64,000 nt of DNA from Octopus vulgaris. Its lineage: Eukaryota. The DNA is taken from assembly GCA_951406725.2 (NCBI GenBank), contig OX597816.1, forward strand, positions 145,390,001 to 145,454,000, read 5' to 3'. The translations under genes and the position numbers were made by a program. The notes under the pieces are model-generated. The model made no database searches, was not told the origin of the DNA, and worked only from the letters and a program-made list of their open reading frames with translations. Position 1 is the stretch's first letter; each line of letters starts with the position of its first letter. Positions 12,949 to 25,933 of this stretch are shown piece by piece.

Positions 12949-13032
12949 TGGCTGATGTGTGCTCAGCATTTTAAAACTGTTGTAATACTTACAACATTTA
13001 ACAAAATGATGTAGCGTGAAACGATCTTACCA
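12949..13032 (+). ncRNA. Mutated hammerhead copy
   Basis: CTGATGT instead of CTGATGA and CGATCT instead of CGATCG. Confidence 0.55.
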
Positions 13033-13164
13033 AATTACCGAATTTATTCTTGTTGCTTGTTTTGATTATAATCACCCCATGGATTTATATGGATAACACC
13101 ATACAAAATTCTGGTGCATCTAACTTAAGTACCATATTCATTTGAATCTAAATTTTGCTGAACT

Positions 13165-13242
<78 letters not shown>

Positions 13243-13351
13243 CCTTCATTCATGAATTTTATAAATTATTTTTCTCTAGTTTGACTAAATGTGTTTTAAA
13301 TTTACCAATGTTTAGCTGGTTTTCAATTGTCGCATATTATTTCGTAAAAAA

Positions 13352-13527
13352 CACCCACTACACTCGCGGAGTGGTTGGCGTTAGGAAGGGCATCCAGCCG
13401 TAGAAACACTGCCAGATCTGACTGGGCCTGACGAAGCCTTCCAGCTTCACAGACCCCAGTTGACCCGTCCAACCCATGCTAGCATGGAAAGCGGACGCCA
13501 AACGACGATGATGATGATGATGATGAT
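13352..13527 (+). mobile_element. SINE 3' part with RTE-type motif and (GAT)n tail
   Basis: TGGTTGGCGTTAGGAAGGGCATCCAGC...CCCATGCTAGCATGG...(GAT)n; same family as 17280-17558. Confidence 0.8.
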
Positions 13528-14019
13528 TCATCTCATTTATGATGAAGGAGTATCAGGAAACACAATATTCGACATTGTGCTTGTTTGTGAAGTAAAATCC
13601 ATGTGGCACCCTTTCGAACTCTTATCACCCTGAACAACGGCTTGAACCGAGGTGGGTACGTTACGAATAGAAAATATATGGCGGGTGAATGATTAGTCAC
13701 ATCTGTGTGTGTTTTAATAGATGTGGCAGTAGGTAAGTCCATAGTATATAGAAAGAAGAATTTATGGGAAAATCCAGATACCTGAATTACGCTGGGATAA
13801 ATAGGGAGTTGGACAGGAAATTCGTCTCAACTCATATGATAAAAATTCGATTTTATTGGAAGATAAAGATCCAAAGCAAGAGAACATAATTTGTCTAGAA
13901 AGAATATTCACGTCAGATATTGTCGAATGCTCTGCTGATGTCACTATTCCTATTATTGATTTTCTTAAAGGCGAGAAGCCTTTGAGAGATGACGAAAAAA
14001 AATGCTACCTGCAGGAAAT

Positions 14020-14084
<65 letters not shown>

Positions 14085-14329
14085 TGTAAGGAAATCCTTT
14101 AGGCAAACAACCAAAAGTACAACTGCAATTTGGAAAGCAGGTTAGTATGATAATTGCATCAAGTACACAGATTTTGCGAAGCAGACAATGGCTTGAATAT
14201 GATGCTGTTCCTGAGTAAACACCACAGAGCTTTTGGTGGCTAGTTTGTTTTACCAGGATCACCTAATGTGATCCGTGCTTTTAATATAAGCAATTTCAGT
14301 ACAACTAGAAGTGAACAAACTGGAAAAGT

Positions 14330-14990
14330 TGAGACAATAGACTTTTACCATGTTCGGCATTATTAGTAATAGTCACCCGCCACACTGTTTCTGATGGTCA
14401 TGAGTGAAGCACATATGCTGCCAAGGTTATCATAAAAATAGAGAAATTTTAAATAGTCGAATGGCTTAGAGTATAATAGGAAATTGTTGAGACATATGTA
14501 GAAAGTATTTGGCAGTTAAATAATAACAACGGCCGATGATCCAGTTAATGGAAAAACATTTAGAGTTGACATAATTTAAGATACGTGGCCAGAAATACAT
14601 GAAGGACATTTGGGTTACGTAGGCGTCGATGTAGTAAGCAGAGATTAATTACTTCAGATAGACCACAATTGTTTAAGATTCGGTCTCTCCGCCGGCGTCA
14701 TTGGTGTGGTATACCTGAAAGATCCACGTGAAGCTATAGAAACTGGTCGCAGCAAACGGTACCTTCGGGAAGAGTTGACATAAGACATATCTCCGCAATG
14801 CAAAAAGAATGTGGTCAAATAACTGCTGGTTATTCAAAAAATGACGGACGTTATAGAGACTGTGTGAAAAAAACTTTAATGGAAGCTAACTGGAAGAAAT
14901 TATTGCTGATATTATTGCTGGACTTAGATGCGAGTGTAGTCTTAGTAAGTGTAAACAACGTCTCCAGCGAATGAATTTAGAATATAATGT
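14330..14990 (+). mobile_element. Highly degenerate RTE-like LINE remnant
   Basis: Fragmentary motifs TLFLMVMSE, ADD and GRYRDCVKKTLMEANWKKL resemble RTE RT and C-terminus. Confidence 0.35.
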
Positions 14991-15980
14991 GTAACCCGGG
15001 AATATTAGATAGGTTGGAGATAGGGATTGGTATAAAACATATTGCGATCTGTGGGAAAGTAAGAAAGGACGAGTAAGGTCTAGATTGAAAGGAAGACCAT
15101 GATTATCGGAGAATACAATAGAAAAATGGTAGAGCATTTCTATTTTTGAATGTATTCTCGAGAAGAGTAGATGATGTGGGCGTACAATCAAATGCCACAG
15201 CAATTCCCAGCTAATGAGGCAATGTATTTTCGACAATGATAGATCTGATGCTAGTATCACACCGAGAGGCATCATGTGCCTACGGAGGAAAGTAGGCGGC
15301 TTTTATACCACATATAAAGCAATTACATTATATTAGAAAGAGAGTGGAAGCAAATATGTTAAAATGAGAAGTTAGAAAACATGTAGCTTGGTCGACATAA
15401 GGAGAACAAGTTAATAAACGATTACTCGAATTTAGTTTACTTTTCTTTAGTCGTCTTCCAATCCAATATTCCATACACTGAAAAGATTTTTAAATATATT
15501 GTGAATGATTGTTAGTGTTTGAAGTTTCATTTTCTCAGTATAGAATCCCATTAACGAAACATCTGTCAGGTCACAAATTTGCATTTGGCAACATTTCTAT
15601 AACGATTCGCTCCGAGTATATTCGAATCGGGGAACGAAGAAATAAAATGAAGGATAGAGTGATCGATAGATCATTAATTTTATGGCAATTTTTTTTTTCA
15701 AAATGTCGATTTTAATCCGTCAATAAAACTATTTTTGATTCGATTCTCTAAAAATTGACTTTATTGCTTTTCATGAATAAAAGAACGAACTGATAACAGG
15801 AATACATGATTAGATAGACAGACAATCATATATGTGTGTATGTATGCGTGTTTGTATATATGTATGTATGTCTCTATGTATACACTTATATATGTGTGTG
15901 TGTGTGTGCGTGTGTATATACAAATATTTGTATATATATATATACACATATATATGTAAATAAGTATATGAATATGTATG

Positions 15981-16013
<33 letters not shown>

Positions 16014-16439
16014 ATATCTATCTATCTATCTATCTATATATATATATATATATATGAAATGTGGTACGTTAGTAAAATGCGGTAGTGTATTTGTTGAAGA
16101 TAGAAAGAGAATGGGACTGTGAGAGAGAGAGGAGAATGAATAAAAGTGTTGCTATTGAAAGAAAGAAAAATGTGAAAATCATCTTGGTGCTATGCATACG
16201 TAAACATGAATTTTCTTAACATGTGTATCATTTACTAGTCACGAGATACTATAAGTAAAGAGAATCGGAGGTCGTGATTTAGAAGACATTTCCAAGATTA
16301 TTTGTAATGGAAGAGAAGCAAATATTCATTAAACCGGAGTCGAAATTAAAAGTTTGTTCTTGTAACTAATTTTTGTTTTTGCAGTCAATTTCGGATCCTG
16401 TAGCTGGGCCAATATTAAGTATTTGAGATTAAATTTACT

Positions 16440-16930
16440 TACTGTGAAGGAGTGATGCTAGAGCGGTGAAATCTTTCTTGGATTGATTTCAAATGTTCAA
16501 TAACTGCTTTGTTTCTTCTCCGATAAATTGACATCCGACTCTTCGAAGAAGATTTAAATGCAATTGTCAGCAACAGAGGATGCGGCGGCATCATCACTGC
16601 GCTACTGGTACCCAAACAAGTGGGGCTTTTTATGTTGGGGAACAGATGATATTCAGATGAGGCCAAATAAAGAGAATAGGTGGGGATGATCAACCACTTC
16701 AAATCCACAACTTCGCACAACAGTCATTGAAACCAAGGCCTTGCGTGCTAGAGTATTGTCACCATGAAATAAGACGAATTCCATCTTTTGTCCTGGGTTT
16801 TGCTTTTGATAGATTTTCATAAATGCCTCAGAAAGTTGGCATAGTACTGACCTTTCTGAAGATAGTCAATAAACATGATGCTATTTCCAAACGAGAAAAT
16901 TGAGGCTATGAAATAACCTTGGCCTTTTTG
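16440..16930 (-). mobile_element. Degenerate mariner transposase fragment
   Basis: PTYSLYLASSEYHLFPNIK resembles the mariner HPPYSPDLAPSDYHLF motif. Confidence 0.7.
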
Positions 16931-17279
16931 AGCAGGTGATGAAAATGAAGGAGAATCAAATCAGCACATGGAAAAAAGACAAAACCACCAACAATATTAT
17001 CAACGGTCTTTATCACTATAATAGAAACAATGAAGAAGATGATTTGCGTGTTATTCACGCGTTATGCCGGCCATGGGCTGTTGAAATAGTTTGTAGGTGT
17101 AGGTTTACTGGTAGTAAAGAGTAGAAGGTAGAAATGAATTCCAGCATGCGCAATAAAAAGAGGTGAAGGAATAGATATTATATATATATATATATATATA
17201 ACAGATGGAGGTGGATAAAGCACAGAAGTAAATCTAAGAAATTTCAGTTTAGAAAGAATTAAATGAAATAATTTAAACA

Positions 17280-17558
17280 GCACCGCCTCGACTGGCTTCC
17301 GTGCCGGTGGCACATAAAATACACCAATCCGACCGTGGCCGTTGCCAGCCTCGCCTGGCACCTGTGCAGGTGGCACGTAAAAAGCACCCACTACACTCAC
17401 GGAGTGGTTGGCGTTAGGAAGGGCATCCAGCTGTAGAAACATTGCCAGATTAGACTGGAGCCTGGTGCAGCCTTCTGGCTTCCGAGAACCCCGGTCGAAC
17501 CGTCCAACCCATGCTAGCATGGAGAACGGACGTTAAACGATGATGATGATGATGATGA
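17280..17558 (+). mobile_element. SINE 3' part with RTE-type motif and (GAT)n tail
   Basis: Same motif as 13352-13527, preceded by GGTGGCAC-containing subrepeats. Confidence 0.8.
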
Positions 17559-17569
17559 TTATATAAAGA

Positions 17570-18515
17570 AAATATAGAATATTACCGGTTTCGATGATGA
17601 ATCTCTTCTTATCAAATATTGATAAAAATATATTACAATTTGAAGTAAAATCAGTTTATCTTCTCTCTGGGGATGAAAAACATGTTTGGAGTTTGAGAGT
17701 TCAAATTGTTAGAGAAGGTACTTAGTTGTCTTTTGTGCAAAAAACCTTTCTGTGTGTTTCTGCCAAGATAGCGGCTTAAAAACCCTGATTGAATGGGTTA
17801 TATGTCCACCTGTGTGTGAGTGTGTGTTTGTGTGTGTGTATGTGTGTATGTGTATCTGCGTGTGTGTATGTGTGTGTATTGTGTTGAATATTCTTTCAAT
17901 ATGTTTTGGAATGTAACCAGCTGTGTGTTGAGGGGTGTGCATTTTGTGATGAATATGTTGTTAAAGAAAGATAGATTTTCATAAATGCCTCAGCAAGTTG
18001 GCAGAGTACTGACCTTTCTGAAGATAGTCAATAAACACGATGCCTTTTCCAAACACACACAAATACACAGGTGGAAGCACTCAGAAGAAAACAACAAACC
18101 TAAAGGAAAATCCTAACTCTTTCTTTAACAAGACGTTCATCACAATATACACGTCCATCAACACACAGCTGGTCACATTCCAAACATATTGAAAGGACTT
18201 TCAACACATGCACACACACACAGACACAGACACACTCACACATAAATCCCATTCAATAAATGCTTTTATGCCACTTCCTGCCAAGAACCCATGGAGTGAA
18301 TTGTTTTTAGACAGTAGACAACTAACTAAACACCCTCTCTAACACCTTGAACTCTGTACCAAACTATATTTAAAGAAGACTTCAACGAAAAATCTCCAGG
18401 CATGTTTTTGACCTCCAGACAAAAAACTATTCTTACTTCAATTTTTTATAAATTTTTACTAATATTTGATGAGATTCATCGTCGAAACGAGTAATATTCT
18501 ACATTTTTAAAATAT
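17570..18515. mobile_element. Older fold-back element (arms about 17570-17970 / 18118-18515) with hammerhead-like motifs at outer ends
   Basis: Arms roughly 80% complementary by eye; motif AATAT-TTGATGA-GAT..GTC-GAAA-CGAG-TA-ATATT at 18461-18498(+) and ...GAAA-CCGG-TA-ATATT at 17578-17620(-). Confidence 0.8.
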
Positions 18516-20070
18516 AATTTTTAGATCATTTTATTAAATTCTTTCTAAATTGAAATGTCTTCGATTTATTTCTGTGCTATTTCCGCCTCCAACTTTTATA
18601 TATAAAAATTTGATTTGTATAGATCTCCAATCATTTCCAACTGTATATATATATATATATATATATACATATATTTGCGTATGTATGCGTGGGTGAATAG
18701 TGTTTATAGAGTGTGTGTATGTGTGTGTGAGTACCATTCGGTCTCCTTGCGCCAATTCTGACACAGACTCAAGCAGAAGTACACAAGCACGGCTACATAA
18801 ACATACATACAGACATACACGAGAGCGCAGACACAGTAACACGGGTGCACGCGCATGCACATGCACGCATACCATACACACATGCAAGTACACGCGCACC
18901 AGCACACACGCATACACACACACTCAAATATACAGACACTCATGTTCATAAACGTATAAGTATCTTTCAGAACGTTCTTTTCCCTTCCGTAGGATAAATA
19001 AGCTTGAGAAGTTGTCAGCAACGTAAATAGCCTATCTTTTCTCAAACTCGGCTTTTAGAGGCAGACAGAGGGAGAGAAATTGTGTGTGTGTGTGTGTGTG
19101 TGTGTGTCATTGTGTGTGAATGCCATTGTGTATGTTTGTCATTGTGCGTGTGTTTGTGTCTGTATATGCGTGCATGTCTGAAGCTGAATGATCCAAAGAG
19201 CTCTCGAATCGTATGGATATGAACTTAAAGCTTGTATACGTTTTGAAAATAAACATAAATTAGTCAATAGGCACCTGCATTTCCTATGTTTTTCAAGATT
19301 TCAACAATTTCTAACTTAGAAGATGATACAGAATTATACACTTCTCAAAACATGTCAATAACCAATCTATAAGGATTGATGTTTTCTTGGGGCTATTCTG
19401 CTTCACATATATCCAAAAGCTCTGACTATAAAGCGAAGCTGTATCTATGAACTACAATTGTGTGCACAAAAATACTTATCTATTTATCCATCTATACGTA
19501 TATTTGACTATGCATATATTTATCCATGTATACGTATATCTGACTTTATGCGAGCAGATAGGCATATAAGTATACACACATAGATATGTGTTTGTAATTT
19601 TGTGCATATGTGTGTTGTGTGTGTGTGAGAAAGAGAGAGATTACTCCTGCTTTCTGTGCGTTTTAGCTGCTCTCATAAACTTCCGTCGCGTTAGTTCAAT
19701 TGACTTTTTAGTCAATCTATTTTGTATACTGGGCTTTAAACCAAAGCATTGCAGTAACTTTACTACTGATGTGACCCAATTAACATAGATAACTTGACCT
19801 TCGAAAGCAAACAGCTAAAACAAATTATGCAAGTCATTTTATCGGACGTTTTAACAACATTGTAAATTCGGCGCCTTAGTATGTAATTATATACTTACAC
19901 ATATACATGCAACACACACACGCATATACAAACACCCACAGAGATATAGACGCAGGCACAAAGATACACACAGCAAATAATGTACAAATATTATATGCGC
20001 CACACACACACATGCATGTTTGTGTGTGTGTGTGTGTATAGTGCGTAAGAGAAAAGAGAGGTAACATATA

Positions 20071-20127
<57 letters not shown>

Positions 20128-20637
20128 TACATACACATATATACATACATGCATACATATGTGTATGTATATATATATGAATGTATACATATATATGCAT
20201 ATATTTACTTACATATATGTATATATATATGTTTATATCTATCTATATCTGTACACACACAGACATACACATACATATACATATATACGTATGTGTGCGA
20301 GTAGAGGGAGAGGGAGAGAGAGAAAGAGATGGAGGATGGGGAGAGAGAGACTGGGAAGAGGATACAGAGAAAGTGATGAAAATATAAAATATAAAAATTA
20401 TACTCAACATTTTTATTTATGTAAATGAAAGAATCTTGGTGTAAGAGTTTGGGTGTAGGTCACTGTTAGAAACAAAGACACTTGTGTAACAATAGTTATC
20501 CGTTTGTAGCAGTATAGATTTTTGTTTAAATCGATAACCAATAGACTGTCAATTTAATCATACACATTCTAAAACATCTGTGTAAAGATACACACGCATA
20601 TGCATAAATGTATGTGTGTGCCCTATTTGCGTGTTTG

Positions 20638-20713
<76 letters not shown>

Positions 20714-20906
20714 CGTGTGTGTATGAATGGATTTTGGTTTTCTTGTTAGTTTGTGTTCGATTGTGAACAGCAAGAATATAGAATTTCATTTGTTAGATTT
20801 GATGAGGAAAATTGTCTCGGTAAATTAAATTACAGTGAAAAGAATTAACCTTTACAACTCACCATTTATAAAATATGAGTTGCCAGATTTATTATTATTA
20901 TCATCA

Positions 20907-20977
<71 letters not shown>

Positions 20978-20990
20978 AATAATAATAATA

Positions 20991-21190
20991 GGGCGGTGAG
21001 CTAGCAGAATCATTAGCACACTAAGCAAAATGATTAGCACCATTTCAACCATTTCTACTTTCTGAGTTCAAATCTCTCCAAGATCTACGTTGCTTTTCAT
21101 CCTGTCGGAGTCGATAAAATAAGTAGCAATTGAGCATTGGAGTCGAGGTAATCGACTTAAGCCTTCCCCCTAAAATGCTGGCTTTGTACC
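20991..21190 (+). mobile_element. tRNA-derived SINE (Meta/MESC-like family)
   Basis: GGCGGTGAGCTAGCAGAATC head, GAGTTCAAATC B-box, TTTCATCC..GTCGATAAAATAAGTA. Confidence 0.8.
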
Positions 21191-21454
21191 CTGATGCAGT
21201 ACCAGGCAGGAGCTCTCATGTCTTTTGATCTTAACTGATTGGAAGTGTTACCATGTACGTTGTTTTGTGTTCGTATAAAAGATGGGCTACAGCAAATATT
21301 CTGCCTAATACTACAGATTTGCTTGTCAGTTGTTTGACCTTAACGAATTGAGCATGTCCGTTCGTGGTTGACGATATCTGCACCTCTGCTCACGAGCAGA
21401 AGTAGTTGGGGATCATAGCCACATGTTGAGAGGAATTAACTGGGATTTGAATAA

Positions 21455-22470
21455 TTATTTATTATTATTACATTGATTATTATGCTTACTGTTTATTGTC
21501 TTTGCGCAGCTTCTAACACTGGATATGTACAATGGTGCAAGCTCTTCACTACAAGTGAACTAAGGTAACTCCCCTTATTTTTCGAGCACCATCAGGAGTA
21601 TTCGAGCGGTCCCAAGCAGTGCTGTTTTCTGCAAGTGCTCCAGCCTTATTGCAACCCATATTTGTTCCATGTACTTCTCATGATTTTTACTCACTGTCCC
21701 CAGGGCTCCGACAATTATCGGTACACCTACCAACTTTTTTAGCGACTACAACTGCTTAACTTCCCAAGCTAACCTGTCATATCTATTGACTTTTCTTTCT
21801 TCCTTATCCCATACCATGCTATGTTGTTTTCTTCTGCTCTAACGTTGTGCCTGCATCTAATCAATCCTCTTCTGCTTCTTTTTCTTGGTACATACAGTCT
21901 GTCTGTGTAAACTTTGGGGTGGAGTATCCCATATCTAGTCAGTAACTTCCATGTCTTCCTATCTAAGCTGTTTAGTTCGCTTACTGTCCATGCGATTACC
22001 CCTGCTCTATATCCAAGTAGTGAAACCGCCGAGGTGTTGATAGCTTCATTCTTATTTCGTCCGTTTAATTTCGACTTAAGGATCAGTCTCAGCCTGCGCA
22101 AGTAGTCCATCTTAAATTTTTCTGTCATTTCTTTCTCCTTCAATTTTTCCATTTCCAATATCCCAAATTACTTATAGCCCTCTCTTCTATCTCCTTCATA
22201 TCCTCCCCCGACGGTATCGCTAGCCCGTACATACATTTAGTTTCGCCTCTCTTCAAAACTAACACACCACACTTTTTCAGTCCGAGCTTCATTCTGATAT
22301 CGGCACTGAATGTATACACCGTATCAACGAGGTAACTGACTTGCGATTCATCTTTACCATAAAGTTTGAGGTCATCCATGAATAAGAAGTGGTTGGCTAT
22401 TTGTTGGCGGTTCTTGAACGCATACCCAGCCTTTGCTTTCCTCAGAACAACGAGATGAAGATGCTGTGTT
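21455..22470 (-). mobile_element. Degenerate R4/Dong-type LINE (RT end joined to C-terminus and 3' UTR)
   Basis: HFLFMDDLKLY, GLKKC, HPKVYTDRLYVPRKRSRRGL, then PIIVGALGTV...LQKTALLGTARIL; ends in a TAA-rich tract on the minus strand. Confidence 0.88.
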
Positions 22471-22899
22471 AACGAAATTAGCAACTTAAACAACTCGTTA
22501 CCACATTACCATGAAAAGCAACAAGAACATCACCAAGATCAAGGACAATTACCCTAATTTCCAACAAAACACTATGCGACATAAATCTCTCCATTGAGAT
22601 CACTCACATGTGTTGGGCAGAAGATAGCGACAAAGTGGGAATGTCGTGAGAACTATTCTAGTAAAGTAGGATGAGAAAAAACGTGAAGTCAATGCCAGGT
22701 ATTCTGACGAGAGGTGACATATTCTTTACATGGACCCTAGTAATTATCTTATCAGACCCTGAAGTGATGGAACACAAGTCGATCTCCGTGGCATTTACAC
22801 TTAGAACTTCAAGAACTGGAAGAAATGCTGTTGAGCATTTTATTAGATGTGGTAACGAATTTACCTGATCACTGCCCAATGCATACATACATACATACA

Positions 22900-22930
<31 letters not shown>

Positions 22931-23087
22931 GCATACATACAAAGAAAGAAAGAAACAAACAAATAAACCTTGTTGTTGATGTTGAAGTTCCAATGCAGTA
23001 TCCTTAGATCTAAGTTACAAACTGGTTCTTTCTCTATTGGCAAGGAATATTGAAATAAACTGAATAACGACATGCATACATACATAC

Positions 23088-23900
23088 GAATGTGTCATTA
23101 CGGTATTACCTACCGATGAGACATGATGTTGTAGCTAGGACATTCTATAATGAAATCCGTTGGAAGGATAACCCCGAGGACAAAGAAATAACAGCCTACA
23201 GTATGGTAGAAGCCATAGCCACTTGTAATAAAAAGGAATACTGGTGGAATGTCCTCGTGAAAACCTTAATAAAATGTAAGCGCAACAAACGTGATATAAT
23301 GATTTGGGATAGAGAAGAGAAACTGTGCACAGTTGTGGAAATAGTTGCCCAGAAGATGTTAACATAAAGCTGAAGCAGTAAAAAAGAGAATGCCTACGCT
23401 TAATTACTTAGAAATCTGCAGTTACTCTATCCAGATTACAAGTTCAGGTTTACAACTGTAATTATTGGGTATATCTAACACACTGTCTAATTACCAATCT
23501 TGAGAAATTGGGCTTCTCAAAACCAGAAAGGTGAAACATAATTTGAAGACTACAGATCCAGTCCAGCACTGGAACTGTAAATATATGTAAAACTTTCCAG
23601 ACCTTCATAATTTAAATATATATGAACATGTCTAGATATGCAAATATATGCATGAGAAAACATACATAAAACAAAACTTACAAATCTGCACATGTACATA
23701 CATACATACATACATACATACATACATACATACACACATACATACATACATACATACATACATACATACATACATACATACATACATACCCTATTATTGA
23801 TGTTGAAATTCCAATGAAAGAGTCATGAATCTAGGTTAGAAGCCGGCTCTTTCTCTATTGGCAAGAAATCTTGAAATAAAACTGAATAATGACATACATT
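23088..23900 (+). mobile_element. RLE-type LINE 3' end (restriction-like endonuclease domain plus 3' UTR) in (CATA)n
   Basis: RHDVVA...YWWNV...RNKRDIMIWD...CTVVEI (RHD, PD..D/ExK pattern); the 3' module at 23790-23900 is duplicated at 22967-23085. Confidence 0.8.
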
Positions 23901-25901
23901 GAATTATATATATCAAATTGACAAAAATGTTACATATGAATGTTAACTGCGAAAAAAAAAAATTACAGAAGATTTTCACAAAAAATTGGATTCCGTTTCT
24001 GGAGATTGGACCAGAGAAATAGATAGGAAGTAAAGTGACATATCTCCATCTTTCAAAGACAGAGCAATTATCGTTATGTTGATGTAGGGATATTTATTAG
24101 AATCCCTGGCCGATTGATAACACAATGCGGTTTTTATCGCTGGACAGTCACTTAGGAATGCATGGCACATCTTCAGAATTTCGAGCAAGGCCAGGCTACA
24201 GACAGAACCTTCTGTTCAACCCTTGGACATTGACTGGTTTCGCAATAGAGAAAAGGTCGTGATAATCAGAGTTGAAATTTCTGATCTCACTGACTCATTA
24301 AAGAAAGCTGTTAAATTATTTTGAGTCTTCATTATAGAGGAAATATATGAAAAAAGTAAAGGTTATTCATAAATATACAAAAGTAATAAATTTGTATGTA
24401 TGCTCTTAGTTTATATATATCTCAAAATACGATGTAAAACCGATGCTCTGCTATTGATTTTTAATTTTTTTCATTTATCTATGTATGAACATCACTGCAT
24501 GATTGTAATTCAAATGTAAACCCTAGCTGAATATATGAATGGGCCTTGTTAGCAAAATGAAAAAGGATCTCTTCCTGCTGTTGTTGTTTTTGTTGTTGCT
24601 GTTACTATTGTTGTTGTTGTTCTTGTTTATCTGCATATTTATTTATTTATTTATTTATTTATTTATGTACATATTTATTTGTTCTTATTTATGTGCATAT
24701 TTATTATTGTCTTTGTTGCTGGCATTGTAGTTACTGCTGATGTTGTTCATGCTTTTGTTTTTTCTTCATGATGTTGTCTTAGGGATTTGCATTAATGAGA
24801 TGAAAATAAAGCAAAACAATTATTTTTCATACATTTTCTTTTTCTTTTTTCATTCACGTTAAAGCCATTTTTTATCCTATTCAATATTGGAAAAGTAAAC
24901 TTTGCTTTCAATATAATTTTATATTGTCTTTATTCATTTTTCTTTTGTAACTTTAGATTAGGAAATTTATTTCATTTTATTTTCATTTCTTTATTTTTTG
25001 TTAATGTAAATAATTTTCACACAAACATACATATTAATGTTTTAAGTGTTTGCTTTTCAGAGACGGCAGAGACATTTTTATATACTTTTTTAAAGTATAA
25101 AATACTCTGTCATAAAACAAATAATTGATTCCATTCTTTGTGACATTGCTGTATTAAATCTATGAGGTAAAATAAATCTTTGAAATGCAGAACAGACGTG
25201 CCTCGTCGAAAGTTGGTTATAAGTTTAATCCAAACTTAGTAATGAAAGCAAACATTTTGTCCGTTATTTTCATGAGAAAAGAACAATGAAATTAAATTCA
25301 ATGACAATAAATTTATGTTAGACAAATAAAAAAAATATTTAAATAAAATCCTCCGTATTGTTGTTGAATCTTATCACGTTCAATGGCTGTTCGTCTAACT
25401 CTGTTCGAGAATGGATGTCTAGTGAAGTTGGCTATGCATTTGTGAACTTATTTTCATTGGTAGACAGACTCTAATACAATTAATACTCACACGAATATTT
25501 ATAGCAGATGATCTCTCTCTAGCAGGAGACGACGGTTAATAATATATTCCAGGCAGTAAACGTAAGATTCAAGTATTGTGTAAATAAAGCAACATAAAAA
25601 AAAGAGAATTAATATTATAGTTTTGCTTAGTTACATATGAGCAAATCTATTCGATCCGTGACCATGTCGTCCTTATTTCAGACATAGAAATAAATGACTA
25701 GACTAGTGAATTTACGCCTTCTTGTCAGATTATTTTCATTCAGATGGTTATAGCTTGAACGAGTTTTAGCTGAAATTTCTAGGGAATACATAGTATATCA
25801 TTCGTTTGCATTATAAGTATTGAGTTATGATTCAATGCAATAATTCACACTATGTTGTGATTTTGTTGTAACTCTCTCAATAGACTTAATGTTTCAGTTG
25901 C

Positions 25902-25933
<32 letters not shown>

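Larger units (their letters stand above)
12705..13065. mobile_element. ~360-bp palindromic fold-back element carrying hammerhead motifs
   Basis: Arms pair almost to the centre (TAGAGA-CGGTA-TC-TACCT-TCTCTA, about 12885); follows (TA)n. Confidence 0.88.

Noticed and set aside
13427-13450. CTGACGA-AGC..GCT hairpin
   Set aside because: Not followed by GAAA, and not conserved in the sister copy at about 17460.
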